DNA of 64,000 bases from positions 78,926,001-78,990,000 of the forward strand of contig NC_042998.1 in assembly GCF_006345805.1 (NCBI RefSeq). Reading direction: 5' to 3'. Shown here piece by piece: positions 50,983 to 64,000 of this stretch. Position 1 is the first letter of the stretch. Each line of letters begins with the position of its first letter. The notes beneath the pieces were generated by a model. That model saw only the letters and a list, made by a program, of their open reading frames with translations. It did no database searches and was not told the DNA's origin. The DNA comes from Octopus sinensis (lineage: Eukaryota). A program made the position numbers and the translations under genes.

Positions 50983-51153
50983 GGTGTAGGAGTGGCTGTG
51001 TGGTAAGTAGCTTGCTTACGAACCACATGGTTCCGGGTTCAGTCCCACTGCGTGGCAACTTGGGTAAGTGTCTTCTACTATAGCCTTGGGCCAACCAAAG
51101 CCTTGCAAGCGGATTTGGTAGACGGAAACTGAAAGAAGCCCATCGTATATATG

Positions 51154-51206
<53 letters not shown>

Positions 51207-51406
51207 ATGTTTGTGTGTCTGTATTTGTCCCCCCAACATCACTTGACAACCGATGCTGGTATGTTTACGTCCCTGTAACTTAGTTCGGAAAAAGAGACCG
51301 ATAGAATAAGTACTAGGCTTACAAAGAATAAGTCCTGGGGTCGATTGGCTCGACTAAAGGTGGTGCTCCAGCATGGCCACAGTCAAATTACTGAAATAAG
51401 TAAAAG
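50983..51406 (+). mobile_element. Near full-length tRNA-derived SINE family A with internal (TA)n
   Basis: ggtgtaggagtggctgtgtggtaag (A box), gggttcagtccc (B box), internal microsatellite, tail actgaaataagtaaaaga. Resembles known octopus SINEs, from memory. Confidence 0.92.
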
Positions 51407-51446
51407 AATCTGTATATACAAACAAGATTCATTTGAATGTGTGTGC

Positions 51447-51488
<42 letters not shown>

Positions 51489-53333
51489 TTACATACCCTT
51501 ATTATATATATATATATACACATACTTATATACCCTTATTATATATATATAATACACACAATGAATAAATAGGGATAAAATATCCAGGTGGACTCAGTAT
51601 GAAGACTCAGTTGTAATCCAGTTGGAAATAACCAATCAAAAGTAACTGGTAAATCAAATATGCTTATATAATTGATTGTATAAATAAAAATATATGCAGA
51701 TGTACTAATTTCTATATTCATTGTTTGTGGGTGTGTGTGTGTGCACACACGCACGCACATATATACATGAATACACCCATACATATGTGTATACATTCTG
51801 AAAAGTTCATCTCTTCCCTGTAAGAATCACACAATAATTATGTGTCTGCTGTTTTCTTCATTAACATTCTCTTGGTAAATTCCATTACTTAGAACATTTT
51901 TCTTTCTTCATGTCTTGTCTACCCCTCTCTCTATTTTGCTTTGCTACTTCCTTCCTGTTATCATTTCTTTCTTCCTCCTGTCATACCCCCTCCCCTTCTC
52001 ATTCTTGATATCTCTTTCTAACACCCTCCTTGTATATCAATACACACACTTGTCCGCATACATAAAAATATATGCATAAAAGCAAAAATATATAGATACA
52101 CACATGTTTCCCATTCCTTGTGTGTATGCATGTGTGTGTGTGTGTGTGTGTGTGGTCACCACATGTTCAAGTGATTAAGAAGTTTGTTTTACAATCATGG
52201 GGTCCCAGATTCAATTCTTCTAATTAACACATTGGGCAAACATCTTCTACAAAAACTGTATGGAATACCATCTCATGGATTGTACTTGTAATTCATAGGG
52301 CCAGCTTTGTTACATGCTTTATCTTTCTGTTTCTGTTAAGAGGATGTATACTGTCAAATACTCACCTACTTACTGATGTAAGTGAGTAAATAGTTCAGTA
52401 GATCCTCCAGCCGGGGTACTTAACTCAGTTTCATATACTTCTACATATTTTCAATACCAATGTTGACTTAACTGATATCTAAATTATATGAATTAATTTT
52501 ATATCCGCTAGTACGGATATTAAGGTTGAAAATACTGTCCAGTCTGTTTATATTGAATACTCTCATTTCTCTTTATTGTTTGCACAATTTTATTTGTGCC
52601 AAAACACTCACACACACATGCAAACATACGCACACATACATTGATGAAAATGTATTCAACAACGGTATTGTGAACAATGATAGACTAACCAAAGACAATA
52701 TCCTACACTGCATATTCAATATCCATACAGGCTGCCTTTGAGTGTCATATGACATTGCTCAAACAATACTTACTAAACATAGTAGCAAGAGTAAATACAT
52801 CAACCAAGAGCTCAAAAGTGGAGAGAGTAACATCCTGCAGTTCAGTAGTGAAATCCTCAAAAGCCACTCACATTCTGATGACTTCTTATATGAACCCAGA
52901 AGTGCAGGGCTCACATGCCTCGTCAAAGGTTATGCATGAGTAATTTCCCCTAAACTTGAAAGGGACGACAATATTAACATTAAGTGTAGCTTCTCTTGCA
53001 CATAGGACAGCTACATTACATCACATCTAGATGACTATACTTTTGCAATCCAAGAGCAGGTGATAGGCATGAAATATTTCTTGAGTAAATTGAACAGTAA
53101 AGCTCTTAAAATCTCAAGATGCAACCTCAAATGTCAGTTATGTCACTCTCTTCTGTGGAGGATATAACACATGTCATCATCAGCTGCTCAAAAATGTCAT
53201 CAGTGCAAATACAACAGACCTGACAATGTAATCTGAGACAGAGAAGAAAAGTCATGTACAGTCATAAAGGTTAGCTACCCAACAGATGTGAACATATTTT
53301 CAAAAATCAACAAGGAGAATATCTATGTACAAC

Positions 53334-54123
53334 CGGCCTCCGTGCTGTGGGCACGTAACAAACACCATCCGATCATGGCCGTTCGCCAGCCTCATCTGGC
53401 ACCTGTGTCGGTGGCACATAAAAACACCTTCCGAAGACCCGGCAAGACTAGTCAGTCCACCTGTGCATACCTTCCTTCTTGTGACACTTGTGAAGACCGG
53501 TTGAGGCAAGTGAAAATCAAATCAAATCAAAATAGACAAAATAGATGAACATCAATGGAATTTGTATCCTGTGGTACCAGTGCCTGTGGCACACAAGAAA
53601 TCCATCAGTGCCGTAGTCAGTGCGGTGGGCACATGACAAACACCATCTGATCGTGGCCGTTCGCCAGCCTCATCTAGCACCTGTGTCGGTGGCACATAAA
53701 AACACCATCCGAGCGTGGCCGTCTGCCAGCCTCGTCTGGCACCTGTGTCGGTGGCACATAAAAACACCATCCGAGCGTGGCCGTCTGCCAGCCTCGTCTG
53801 GCACCTGTGTCGGTGGCACATAAAAACACCATCCGAGCGTGGCCGTCTGCCAGCCTCGTCTGGCACCTGTGTCGGTGGCACATAAAAACACCATCCGAGC
53901 GTGGCCGTTTGCCAGCCTCGTCTGGCACCTGTGTCAGTGGCACATAAAATCACCCACTACACTCTCGGAGTGGTTGGCGTTAGGAAGGGCATCCAGCTGT
54001 AGAAACACTGCCAGATCTGACTGGACTGGTGCAGCTTTCGGGCTCCCCAGACCCCAGTTGAACCGTCCAACCCATGCTAGCATGGAAAGCGGACGTTAAA
54101 TGATGATGATGATGATGATGATG
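53334..54123 (+). mobile_element. Young family D (RTE 3' UTR) copy with internal 62-bp minisatellite and (GAT)n tail
   Basis: CpG-intact; ends ggaaagcggacgttaaat(gat)n. Confidence 0.9.
53620..53950 (+). repeat. 62-bp tandem repeat, about 5 units
   Basis: cacctgtgtc starts at 53678, 53740, 53802, 53864 and 53926. Confidence 0.95.
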
Positions 54124-55569
54124 AACTGCTTCAAAACTTGCAGCTTGTTTAATCCTGATTATAAATTTATATTGATATTAATAAGTATCAGTCCACTTGG
54201 TTATATTAGTAAATGTCTAAGTGATAGTCTAGAAGAGCTAAGATTTTCAAGTGAAGAAAGTGACCAGTGAGCATGAACTTTACAAATACAATCTATAAAG
54301 CAATGATTAATACTAATACATACAAACTCACTCACTCTCTCTCTCCAGTACAATTAAATGCAGAAGTATTGTTCTAAAAATGTATTGACTATATACTCTA
54401 ATTACTTTCCAAAATAAATAAGTAAAATAGCTGAACTGTTCAGTATTTGTTTATGTTAACACTTTTCATATCAACCCATCTTAAGTTAATTCTGATTTTA
54501 TGAAACAAATATGCACTTGTTTTAGTTTCATATCTTAGATTAAAAGCCTTTCATAACAATTTTTAGTATTAGCTTTTTTAAAGTTATATTTTAAACATCA
54601 GCTCAATCATGAAAACAAAAATTCATTTTGCTAAATCATTCCAAGTTCTTAATTATTTTCTAAATTAATTGCAACACTGAAGCTATGTATTTCATTACAG
54701 ACTTGATAACAAAATGGTTAAACTGGTGTTTGAAACCCAGCTAAACAAACGACAAGTGATTAACCACTGAAATTTCACATTTACTGTGGTGATTTTCATT
54801 TAAATAGCACTTTGATGTAGATAATTTTAGATGAGTTTGTAATGTAGGGTCATGGGGAGGCAGTTCTCCGGCATATTGAAATCAAAGAAGTTAAATAGTG
54901 CTGCTAATTAGTTAGGGGCAGTGAAGATTTTAACTTGTCAGACTACTTAAAGGTAGCAGTTGTAGAAGAGCCTTGCCAACAATTTTATGGACTGCAGGTT
55001 TAACTCCTGATAATTATAACACCTCTGTATGATGGTGATTATCTAATAGCAGTTGCACAAATGTGCACCAACTTTCAGGCGAGCAAAACTCAGTCAAAAA
55101 AGAGAATATATATATATATACACAAAAAAATGCTAAAATTGTATGTGATGAATATTTTTAAATTTCCTTAATTTCAATGGACTATTTATACAAACAAAGC
55201 TGATGAAAGAAAATAAATGAAAATTTGTTGTGGAAAAAAAAGATTTTTTTTGCAAGATTTTTGAAAGATAAGAAGATACTGAAAAATTGCAGTTTTGTTT
55301 ACAGCTTTATTTTTCAGTTTAAATTTTATCTTGCTTATCATATAAATTACAGTAGTCTAATGTATATATATTTGAATACGATATGAAAAATTTATAGAAA
55401 TATACTGAGATCTGTTAATAATATGACCTCAGCTTTTAAGTAGTAAATAGAAGAATTTTAACCCTTATCTAAAGTAATAATTAAATTTTTTATTCATCTA
55501 CTATGAAACATACACTGAAGAATAACGATGCCAACATACTTTCATAAATCATATTCATCTGTTTATCAT

Positions 55570-56605
55570 GTGCTTGGAAATGTTCATCAGTTTTTCATTA
55601 TAACTTTGATGTCTTTCTCAATGATGAGCAACAAGAAAGCAGAAAGCTCCTCTCCTCAATATAGCTTCCACAGTTTATATTTAGCTTGAGCTTAAAAAAA
55701 AGCACTCTCCAGTTGCTATTACTGGAAGTGTTACATACATTTTAAGCAACTTACTTTTGAGAAAACAAGATGGACATCATTTCTCTTATAGAATTAAAAA
55801 TGGATCATATTTGGCAGTGAGTAAGATGAATGAAATTCTATCTCAAAAGTTTCTTATCCTCTTCTTTGAAGATGTAGGACTTTCAGAGAGTATTTAGATC
55901 TTGAACTTTATTACTTGTTGCCAAATTACTTACTTCCCAGTTTCGTGGTAACTTGAAATCTTTGTCCTTGAACAAATACATCCAGAAATGTGTAATATAC
56001 TTTCATATGATTCAACTCTGTCAGACTCTGTGAATGTTTATCTGTTGTTATAAAATGGACTTGTACTTGAATCTCACTGCTCTGACCAGAAATTTCCTCT
56101 GGAACCTCAATATCTGCATCTTGTGCATGTTGAGCTACATTCTGATATATTGGAAATTTACCCCAATGTTTCTAAATGTAGCTTGTTCATCCAAGTTTTG
56201 CTGCTGAATGGCATCTGTTACACTGGTTCTCTTCATGAATTCTTATTGCAGTGTCAAGGCAAAGAAAATACTTGCATTTGGTGCTATGTGTCAGTACTTC
56301 TATAGCCCCATCTTGTGTCAGAAAGGTTTTTCAGTTCTCAAGGTGAGAATCCAGGGTAGCTAGAGAATTGAGTTTATATGAGTAAAGCATACCACATACT
56401 TGATACTGAAACAACACTGTATAACTTCTCTACTATATTAAAGAACGAGGCAAAAAATAATGGCTTGATTTTGTACTTCTACAAGTACAGGGATCAAGCA
56501 GTGTACATTGCAGTGAACATGCAAAGCTTTTTTTCATTGTGGAGAAGAATCTTTGACTGAACTCCCTGGAACAATCTACTGATTAGCAGCTCCATCATTG
56601 CCTAA
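55570..56605 (-). mobile_element. Decayed hAT transposase
   Basis: Minus strand NDGAAN ... ALHVHCNVHCLIPVL (cf. VHC.AH.LNL) and C-terminal LPVIATGECF..KLKL ... LIIEKDI (hAT dimerization motif). Confidence 0.65.
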
Positions 56606-56879
56606 ACTACTCATATATTCTATGTATAAGCCATATCTTTCCAAAAACAAAAACAAAAAAAATGACAGGGCTATTTCTTTTAGCTCTTCATTGGATGTCA
56701 ACTTTACACTATGCACACTTCAATTAAATACTTTCTACTTTTATTAACAGACGCACTGTGTGTGTGTGTGTGTGTCTGCCTGTCATGACCATTTGTCTGT
56801 GCTTGCACCCTTTATTGAAAACATGATTGTTCTAATTTGATCTCCTTTATTAATTTTTTTCGTATGTGTATACCAAACT

Positions 56880-57190
56880 TTTGTAGTTCGACAAAACTTG
56901 ATAGGAAAACATTAAGAGAAAATACTTGCATGCTTTATGAAATACACAACAGAAAAAGGAGAATGATTATGGAAGCATTACTTATATCACAATACAATGC
57001 TACAGCATACAGATGTCAAAGCTACTGATATGATGATATAGAAAACTAATGCACTAGTCAGGTTTTGTTTGGAAAAGCTGTATAAATTAGGGTATTCTCC
57101 CTTAAAAGGGTCAACACAGAACCCATAACTCTACATCCTGAAGATGAGGCTGAGAGAGTTTGGAAGTGCTGGTGTTAAAGATGACTTTAA
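56880..57190 (+). mobile_element. Penelope-like 3' remnant (GIY-YIG tail plus decayed hammerhead at 57134-57183)
   Basis: LRENTCMLY...RRMIMEALLISQYN; downstream catc CTGAAGA (57138-57144) ... ggaagtgctggtgtt aaa gatg. Confidence 0.45.
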
Positions 57191-58699
57191 GAGTATTATT
57201 GTTCCAGATGATAAATATTTTAATAAGTTATATTTTTTAAGACCAAAATATAAATTTTTATATTATTTTTGGGAAAATTAGAATCTGATATTCAAGAAAT
57301 CTGAATATAGGTTCACAATAAATAAATAAATAGACATAGAAACAGTTAGAGGCAGATGCATGATTTATCTAATTTAAAGCAGTCATTTATAAAAAAAAAA
57401 ATCAAAACCAAACTGCAAAGATTTACTTTAAAAAATGCGGACAGTGTGTAATCAGTTTATACCTCATCCTCCAACTGACTCGTACCACTCTTTCTTTGTA
57501 TACTGTTTGCACCCAACTTTCCTTTCCCTCCATATAAATAATTTGGCAACTTCTTATGTGATTGTCTCGGGTGAAAATGATGTCAAAAATGACTGAAATT
57601 CTGAATTATTTTAGCCAAGAGTAAGATCAACTTTAATATTCACACATCGGTGATGTTTTTCACATTGATTTAGTAACAATAGAACCAGTAGCTGAAAAGC
57701 AAGTGCTAGAAATGTGTGTTTCATTAAAATATGTTTTCGAATTTTGACTAAAAGGGCACCTTTGATATGAAAAGAAAGAAAAGGCAGGGGCTTAAAAACC
57801 CCTCCTTCAGTGCACATGCCTGAGCAAGAGCAGCTGTGGTTTATAAAAGGTTTAAAGACACAATTTACAACCGTTATATACTTGTATATAAACAATACTA
57901 CCGAGGTCAGAGTAAGCTAAGTTTACAATAGCAATTGTTTGCATAAATATAAAATAGTTATTATCTAAGATCTAAAATAACTATGGTCTATAAAAGGGTT
58001 AATACATTAAAAATAGCTTTCTATTACAACAGCTTTACATGATAACCATTAACTTAAGATATGCAATAACTGTGAATTATGTAAAATTTTTAAAGAGCTA
58101 CAACTATGAAATAATTGGCTGCAGCATCTGTTGGCTAAGACGCTATCAATTCATTGATAACAATTGCCTGTAATTTAATGTCGGCAGCATTTTCTGCTAG
58201 AACTATGCTATCACTTAGTTCCTGTTTTAATTGCAGCTTATAAAAATTGTGTGTATTACATATATGCATGTGTGTATGTGTGTGTGTGTGTGCATGTACA
58301 TACACTTGTATAGTCACTTATTAAATCAAGACTTTATTTAGGTCAGTATCACTGGATGTATGTAGTCACTTCTTAAATTATGACTTTCTAGGTCACTATA
58401 TGTGTGTGTATATATATGTAAAATATTTTGTGTACAATTAGATGTATGACTACTACTGTATCCAGTGCTAAGTTCCAAACAAGTGCAATAGTGAGATATA
58501 GGTACTAACTAATAATTTATACTTGTAGGTCATTGTCACTAGACTGATAACAGTTTTTCACTTAAAGTCCACTTTTTGCAAATGGAAATATAATGAGACG
58601 TACTTGAGTTCAAAATATCTCTGGAAGTCAAACAGTTTAACTTCCTGGAACTCATTTTAGGCTGAATGACATTCTGTTAGGACTTGTTAAATGTGTATA

Positions 58700-58960
58700 G
58701 ATGGTGGTAAAGTCCGTCTTTGGGTCTAAAAACAGTTTTCATCCTGCTGTAGACATAACATTACCAACAGAGTATTGCTCCTTCTAGGCAATTATTCGAG
58801 CCACTCTGTGAGCTCATATCAACTCCGTGGTAATGTGAGATTAGAATATATCCCCAAGAATGCAAATTCTTTGCCCCACCCAATGGAACTTCAAGGCATA
58901 TTATCTGAGAACTTTCATATTATGAAAGCAATTGACAGAAAGGAGTTAGAGACTTATGGA
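58700..58960 (+). mobile_element. pogo/Tigger transposase remnant
   Basis: RVLLLLGNYSSH ... NVRLEYIPKNANSLPHPMELQGI (cf. LLLDN..H ... FLP.NTTS..QPMDQGI). Confidence 0.6.
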
Positions 58961-59043
58961 GGAAGTTCAACGTAATAGATGCTGTGATTACATCTACAAT
59001 TCAACTCTCTCTATACACACACACACACATGTATATCTATCCA

Positions 59044-59737
59044 TCTATACTATAATAAAGTTGCTTATTATTTAGTTTGGATTATGTAACATTTACTAGA
59101 AAAAAATAAATGATTAAAGTCTACACTGTCTAGAAAATTTTTATAAATTCCAATTCTAATATATTTTTATCAAAATGTGATTTTGAAATCCTTTCATTGA
59201 AGGTTTCAACTTCACAATTCAATTACAAAACTAATTTTAATTCACTATGACATAGTCATCTTACACAAGATAGCGTTTTTAATGTTTTTGTTTATACTTC
59301 TTCTGGAAATATAAAGGTTATCCAGATATTTGCTACTTTTCACTGACATATCAACAAAAATATTTCTCTAAATTGTAAATTTGATCCAGTGTCAGCCACG
59401 TTGATTCCAATATCATCTTATTTGTTGGGGGGGGGGGGTTGAAGAAAAGTGTTTTTGATTTACCTACGTAAATTGGATACAATTACAGACACTACCCCCT
59501 ACCCTTACCCCCCGCCAAATTCGTTTCCTTTAAACTTTCTAAATAATGGATTTATTTTAATGAAATTTTCTACAAGTACGTTTCAGACGGTGTCAATTAC
59601 GATTAACGATTACGATCTTTCATAGTGAAGAGACGATATTTTTACCTGTCATATAGTGTAGATCACGATTATATCGGAATTTCATGTGAAAAAAAAAGTT
59701 AAGTAGGTGAAGACGGATATTGCATCCGTTGCTACAC
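59044..59737 (+). mobile_element. Possible non-autonomous Helitron-like element
   Basis: 5' TCTATACTATAATAAAG; 3' hairpin acggat-attgc-atccgt followed by a decayed CTA(G). Confidence 0.4.
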
Positions 59738-59778
59738 CACGTCTTTTATTTGTATATATTTTGGCCTCTTTATTACCT

Positions 59779-60248
59779 GAGAAGACCCGTCAAGCCAAGT
59801 GAAATCGTAGTCGTGGCCGATGTCGGTGTCACGTAACTGGCACTAATGCGCGTGGCACGTAAAAAGCACCTTTTGAGTGTTGGGCCTTACGGAGGCAATG
59901 TGGTCGAGGCCGGCGTAGCGTAACTAGCAACCGTGACGGTGGAACGTAAAAAACCACCTTTCGAACGTTGGGCCTCACGGAGGCAATGGCAAATTTCCGA
60001 GACTTTTGGCAATATGCCGTGCTTAAGAAGAAAACTCATCAAATTCTAGTTGTGGAAGATACTGGTGTCCGCAGCTGGCACTCGTGCCGGTGGCACGTAA
60101 AAGCATCCATTATACTCTCGGAGTGGTTGGCGTTAGGAAGGGCATGCAGCCGTATAAACCATGCCAAATGAGACTGGAGTCTGTTGCAGCCCTGGTGAAA
60201 CTGTCCAACCCATGTCAGCATGGACAACGGACATTAAATGATGATGAT
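59779..60248 (+). mobile_element. Family D copy with duplicated RTE ORF-end segments
   Basis: gagaagacccgtcaagccaagtga, two gttgggcct.acggaggcaatg copies, gagtggttggcgttaggaagggcat, (GAT)n. Confidence 0.85.
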
Positions 60249-61768
60249 TACTGTTGCACCTGATGAAAAATCAACTGTCACACCTTTGGAGTTGATAGAC
60301 TAGGGTATCAGTCTGCTCCAAGAATTGATGATATTCCTTTGGCGTTTTTAAAATAAGCAAATTATGTATTGCATTGCCGAACATTTCTGTAACACATTTA
60401 GATATTATTTCAAATAAATAAAATAATCTGATATGTAGAAGTTTTTGAAAGTCACTCCAATTCACAAAATACTCACAAAATTCAGTTAAAAGTTACTACT
60501 TTGTTTGTTGAGTTTTATGTTATAAAGTAATAGAATCTATTATATGAAAAAATTGTTTGAATATTTGAATCAAATTTAATTTCCAAACTTCAACATGACT
60601 TAATGAGTAAAAAGCCTGCATAGATTACTTTATTTGATTAGGATTTCTATATTGATGCTATTTATTTGGATATAGCCTTTGACATCCCACCAAAAATTAT
60701 TTCAAATGCTTAAACTATTGGAAACTTAACGTAATTTTTTAGTATGGTTCAAAAATTATTTGTCTAAACAGAAAACAGTATATTGTTGAGATTCTTCCGT
60801 AGAACTTTAAGCGATGAGATACACTATGGTCGTTTGACCTAATAGAAATGGATGCAAAATATCCTTTGAATCATACTCTACTAACCGTCTGAAGAAAGGA
60901 ATTATCATTTTGTCGTAGGCAGAATGGTAACGGCAGGAATTCTTTAGCTTTAGTCAAAGATCTACACGATCAGGTAATCTGAAGTAACTGAACAAAACAA
61001 TAACAAAACATTGGTACGTTTCTGTGTTAAAGTAACAAACTTCAGTACATACTTTCGAAGAAATAAAATAACGGTAAGATTCTACCATTTGCAAAAAAAA
61101 AAAAATGTTATCAGATGGAAAGCACTCTTCAACTTTTCTAAGAACTCATTCTTTGATCATTTTGCTTAAATAAACCAAGAACATAACGAGTACACTACAC
61201 ATTTTTACACAGTTTGTCTACCCAGTTTCAAGCAAAAGGCTTCCATGATCAAAGAGATCTGTCTTAGTCGCCGCGCAGTGTAATCACATGTGGGACTTTA
61301 TGATTACTAAGTGATCTTTGCAATCAGCCGGCAATGCATGCGTCTTCACAATCTTGTGGAGGTCGTTGTTTATCCCTTTCATCCTCAATCTATATTAATA
61401 CCGTGACCAAGATATAATTGATGGTTTTGATTTTTCCATGCCCACATTCTTTGTAATAACTTCAATAATTCCTACGAGACCTTTCTTAAATAAAATTAGA
61501 CTTCCTAAGGGTTAATTAAATACCTTCACTTTCTATATTGTATTGGTGCGTTAATTCCAATGACCGGTGCCGCATTAACTCAGTAGCAAACGTCGTGTAG
61601 TCTACGGGTTTCACACTAAATAGTTAGTTACTTCAACTTTTTAGTTACCCAATAACTAGAATACTTCCGAGATTAAATGCTCTTTAAATTAAACAAATTT
61701 CAATAGTCGAATTTAATGGCAACATTAAATGAACAGACTACATTTTGTCGGGAGCTAATTAATAACCG

Positions 61769-61986
61769 TGGAGGCGCGTGGTTTAGTGATTGTGGTTTCG
61801 ATTCCTGGACCATGCGACGCGTTGTGTTCTTGAGCAAAACACTTCATTTCACGTTGCTCCAGTCCACTCAGCTGGCAAAAATGAGTAACGCTGCGATGGA
61901 CTGGCGTCCCGTCCAGCTGGGGACCACATACGCCATTGAAACCGGGCCCACGAGCCTGGCTATGCTTTAAAAGGGCGAAAAAAAAA
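61769..61986 (+). mobile_element. CORE-type SINE family B with probable 8-bp TSD
   Basis: Homologous to 42505-42752; taataacc at 61760-61767 and 61987-61994. Confidence 0.85.
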
Positions 61987-62993
61987 TAATAACCACGTCG
62001 TCCTTTTTCTGTTTCGGTACATTAAACTTGTCGTGCATTAACTGAACTTATTTTTTCGCATAAATAAGATTGGTTGTACGAATCTGATTATTACTACTTT
62101 CTATATTCAAGACACTGTACTGCTAACCATTCTCATTAAATCAAATCAGGCTTTTTAAATAAGTAAGGAACATTTTATATTGTTATACAGTTAACTAAAA
62201 GTTATTGGTGAGCCTGAGAGACGATCTTCCGTTGTATATACATATAACAAATAGCAAAGTAAAAGGAAAACAGCGGCCAAGTCATTACACGGTAAACCAG
62301 TTTTCCTTTCGTTGATTCCAGTGATGCGACGTTGCATACGGCATACGAATAGGAAGAACATGGAGTTTCATCAAAAGTAAATGACTTCAGATAATCTCTA
62401 TCCAACTTGAAGAGTTACATGAGATTATTTTCTAAGATATATGATATGAGAGAACTTTCATCGAAATCAAGACTGATTTACCGTAGAAATGTTTCATAAT
62501 TGATTTCCGTTCACTTTATTGTCCGGCATTATATGTACATTAAACGAAAGATTACTGCACAAGTCTTATTTTAAAACTCGGTTTCGCTCTGAAATCAGTC
62601 ACGTTGCTAATAATAATAATTTTTTTAAAAGGCATGCACGTTATAATTTCTTGTTTGCAATAAACCCGAGGGATCGACTGGCGGGGTCTAGTACCAAAAA
62701 AAAAAAAAAAATATCCAGTATTATTCGTGTGCCTGTGTGTGTGTGTGTGTGCGCATAAGAATGTTAATATCGTATGTCTTCTGTTCACACATACAACTGT
62801 CGTTCATTCCGTTCAAAAGAATTTAGAAGCTCAGTTAATATGGTACAGGAAAACACATGTCTATTATGTTTAACTGCTTAATTAACAAGGTCAAACCGAC
62901 TGATGATTTTGCTTGTGCACGCGTAGGAGAGGGATAAAGAGAAGGGATGCCGTGTGTCTGTTGTGTACACACATGAACGTTGCATCACAGAGC

Positions 62994-63420
62994 AGCGAGC
63001 GGGACGCGATATCGAGGCAGTCAGTAATGAGGCAGGCCCAATAATGCCTTTTCAGTATTTAATTACATCCGTTTGCTTTCTGAATTCTTGCCGAAGTTGA
63101 CTTTGTCTTTCATCACCTAAGTACTGGGGTCAAACTAATAACTGCATCACTATCCCTTACATATTACGCTGTTCGTTGTGCTCTTATGTTTATGTTCAGA
63201 AATCTTCGTTATTGTTGTTAGACGGGTAGACAGTAAGATTTGATGCAACAGCGAACAAAATATTTAGCAGTATTTTAGCCGTGGCTCCTTTACATTTATT
63301 GGTTGCTCAAATCTTGTTGATAGAAATAAAGTACTGGGTGAATAATAACTAGAGTTAATCTTATCAACTACATCTTCCCTCAAAATATAGGACTGTGTTT
63401 AGCTTGTATCGCTGATGGAA
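62994..63420 (+). mobile_element. Two very degenerate SINE family C copies
   Basis: gcagcgagc ... gttgactttgtctttcatc ... aagtactgggg; second copy gatagaaataaagtactgggtg. Confidence 0.45.
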
Positions 63421-63431
63421 ATCAATATCGT

Positions 63432-63486
63432 TGGCGTAACTTCGGTATAGGTACCGGAAGTACCGGATACATTTCAAGAAAGTGGG

Positions 63487-63566
<80 letters not shown>

Positions 63567-63667
63567 GGGGGTAGGGTTAGGGGTGGAAGAAAAGCGTTTC
63601 TGTTATCTTCAGAAATGTAAACAAAGCCACTTTCGGTATTTACGGTACCTATACCGAAGGATCGCCA
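63432..63667. mobile_element. MITE with about 34-bp TIRs and internal (TA)n
   Basis: tggcg..cttcggtataggtaccg.aa.taccg versus cggtatttacggtacctataccgaag..cgcca. Confidence 0.7.
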
Positions 63668-64000
63668 TATCGTTTTATTCACGAAGTTGGTGTGTGACTG
63701 TTGACACCTATCACTCACTCACGGTTTCTTTTTAATTAATTAATTAATAATCCCAGTAGAAATAGCTGTAGATTTCCAGCGGTACTTCTGACCAATTAGT
63801 TCAGTCGATCTAAGGGAGTCAACTCTTGTTGTACTCATATCATCCTCCGTTGCTTAAAGCTCGAAAATTTTGCTTGCTGATGAAAACAAAACGAGTAAAG
63901 CTGAATGACACACTCTTGCACTGGAAACATAATAAGGGTGGAGTAGGGAGGCGGGGACATTTCATTTTAACGGTGCGTTATGAAAATTGTGTCTTTCCAA

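Larger units (their letters stand above)
52640..54296 (+). mobile_element. Decayed R4/Dong-like non-LTR element (CCHC plus restriction-like endonuclease), interrupted at 53334-54123
   Basis: YTFAIQEQ, CQLC...EDITHVIISCSKMS, NRPDNVI*DREEKSCTVIKVSYP.DVN; continues after the insertion as PDYKFILILISISPLGYISKCL. Confidence 0.75.

Noticed and set aside
50983-51055. tRNA gene (also other SINE heads)
   Set aside because: A/B boxes are present but there is no complete cloverleaf, and the sequence continues into a SINE body.
53620-53950. Regular repeats as a CRISPR-like array, or the repetitive ORFs over them
   Set aside because: Units are contiguous with no unique spacers, lie inside a LINE UTR, and 62 bp is not a multiple of 3.
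62202-62405. Tc1-like fragment (FTFDE...VMTW)
   Set aside because: Only two weak motif matches and no TIRs found.
63850-63905. CTGATGA with nearby GAAA
   Set aside because: No consistent three-stem hammerhead fold.

Overview
AT-rich eukaryotic (animal) non-coding DNA with no intact protein-coding gene that I can support; the supplied ORFs are microsatellite read-throughs or frames across decayed transposons. The SINE families and microsatellite density point to a coleoid cephalopod, most likely Octopus (inference, not verified). The window is a mosaic of: three tRNA-derived SINE families; RTE-clade LINE remnants and many copies of their 3' UTR ending in (GAT)n; R4/Dong-like and Tx1-like LINE remnants; Penelope-like (GIY-YIG) remnants; a full-length decayed mariner; hAT and pogo remnants; piggyBac-like MITEs; and Helitron-like elements. 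The most notable signal is two unrelated families of small (about 300 and 350 bp) non-coding repeat units, each carrying a type I hammerhead ribozyme and each inserted as an inverted 5' segment followed by head-to-tail monomer sequence. This resembles non-autonomous retrozymes that produce circular RNA. The young copy at 17767-18358 has a 350-bp period, a 12-bp target-site duplication and a full hammerhead fold with a compensatory U3-A8 core (UUGAUAA instead of CUGAUGA). All alignments were done by eye, and boundaries of old elements are approximate.
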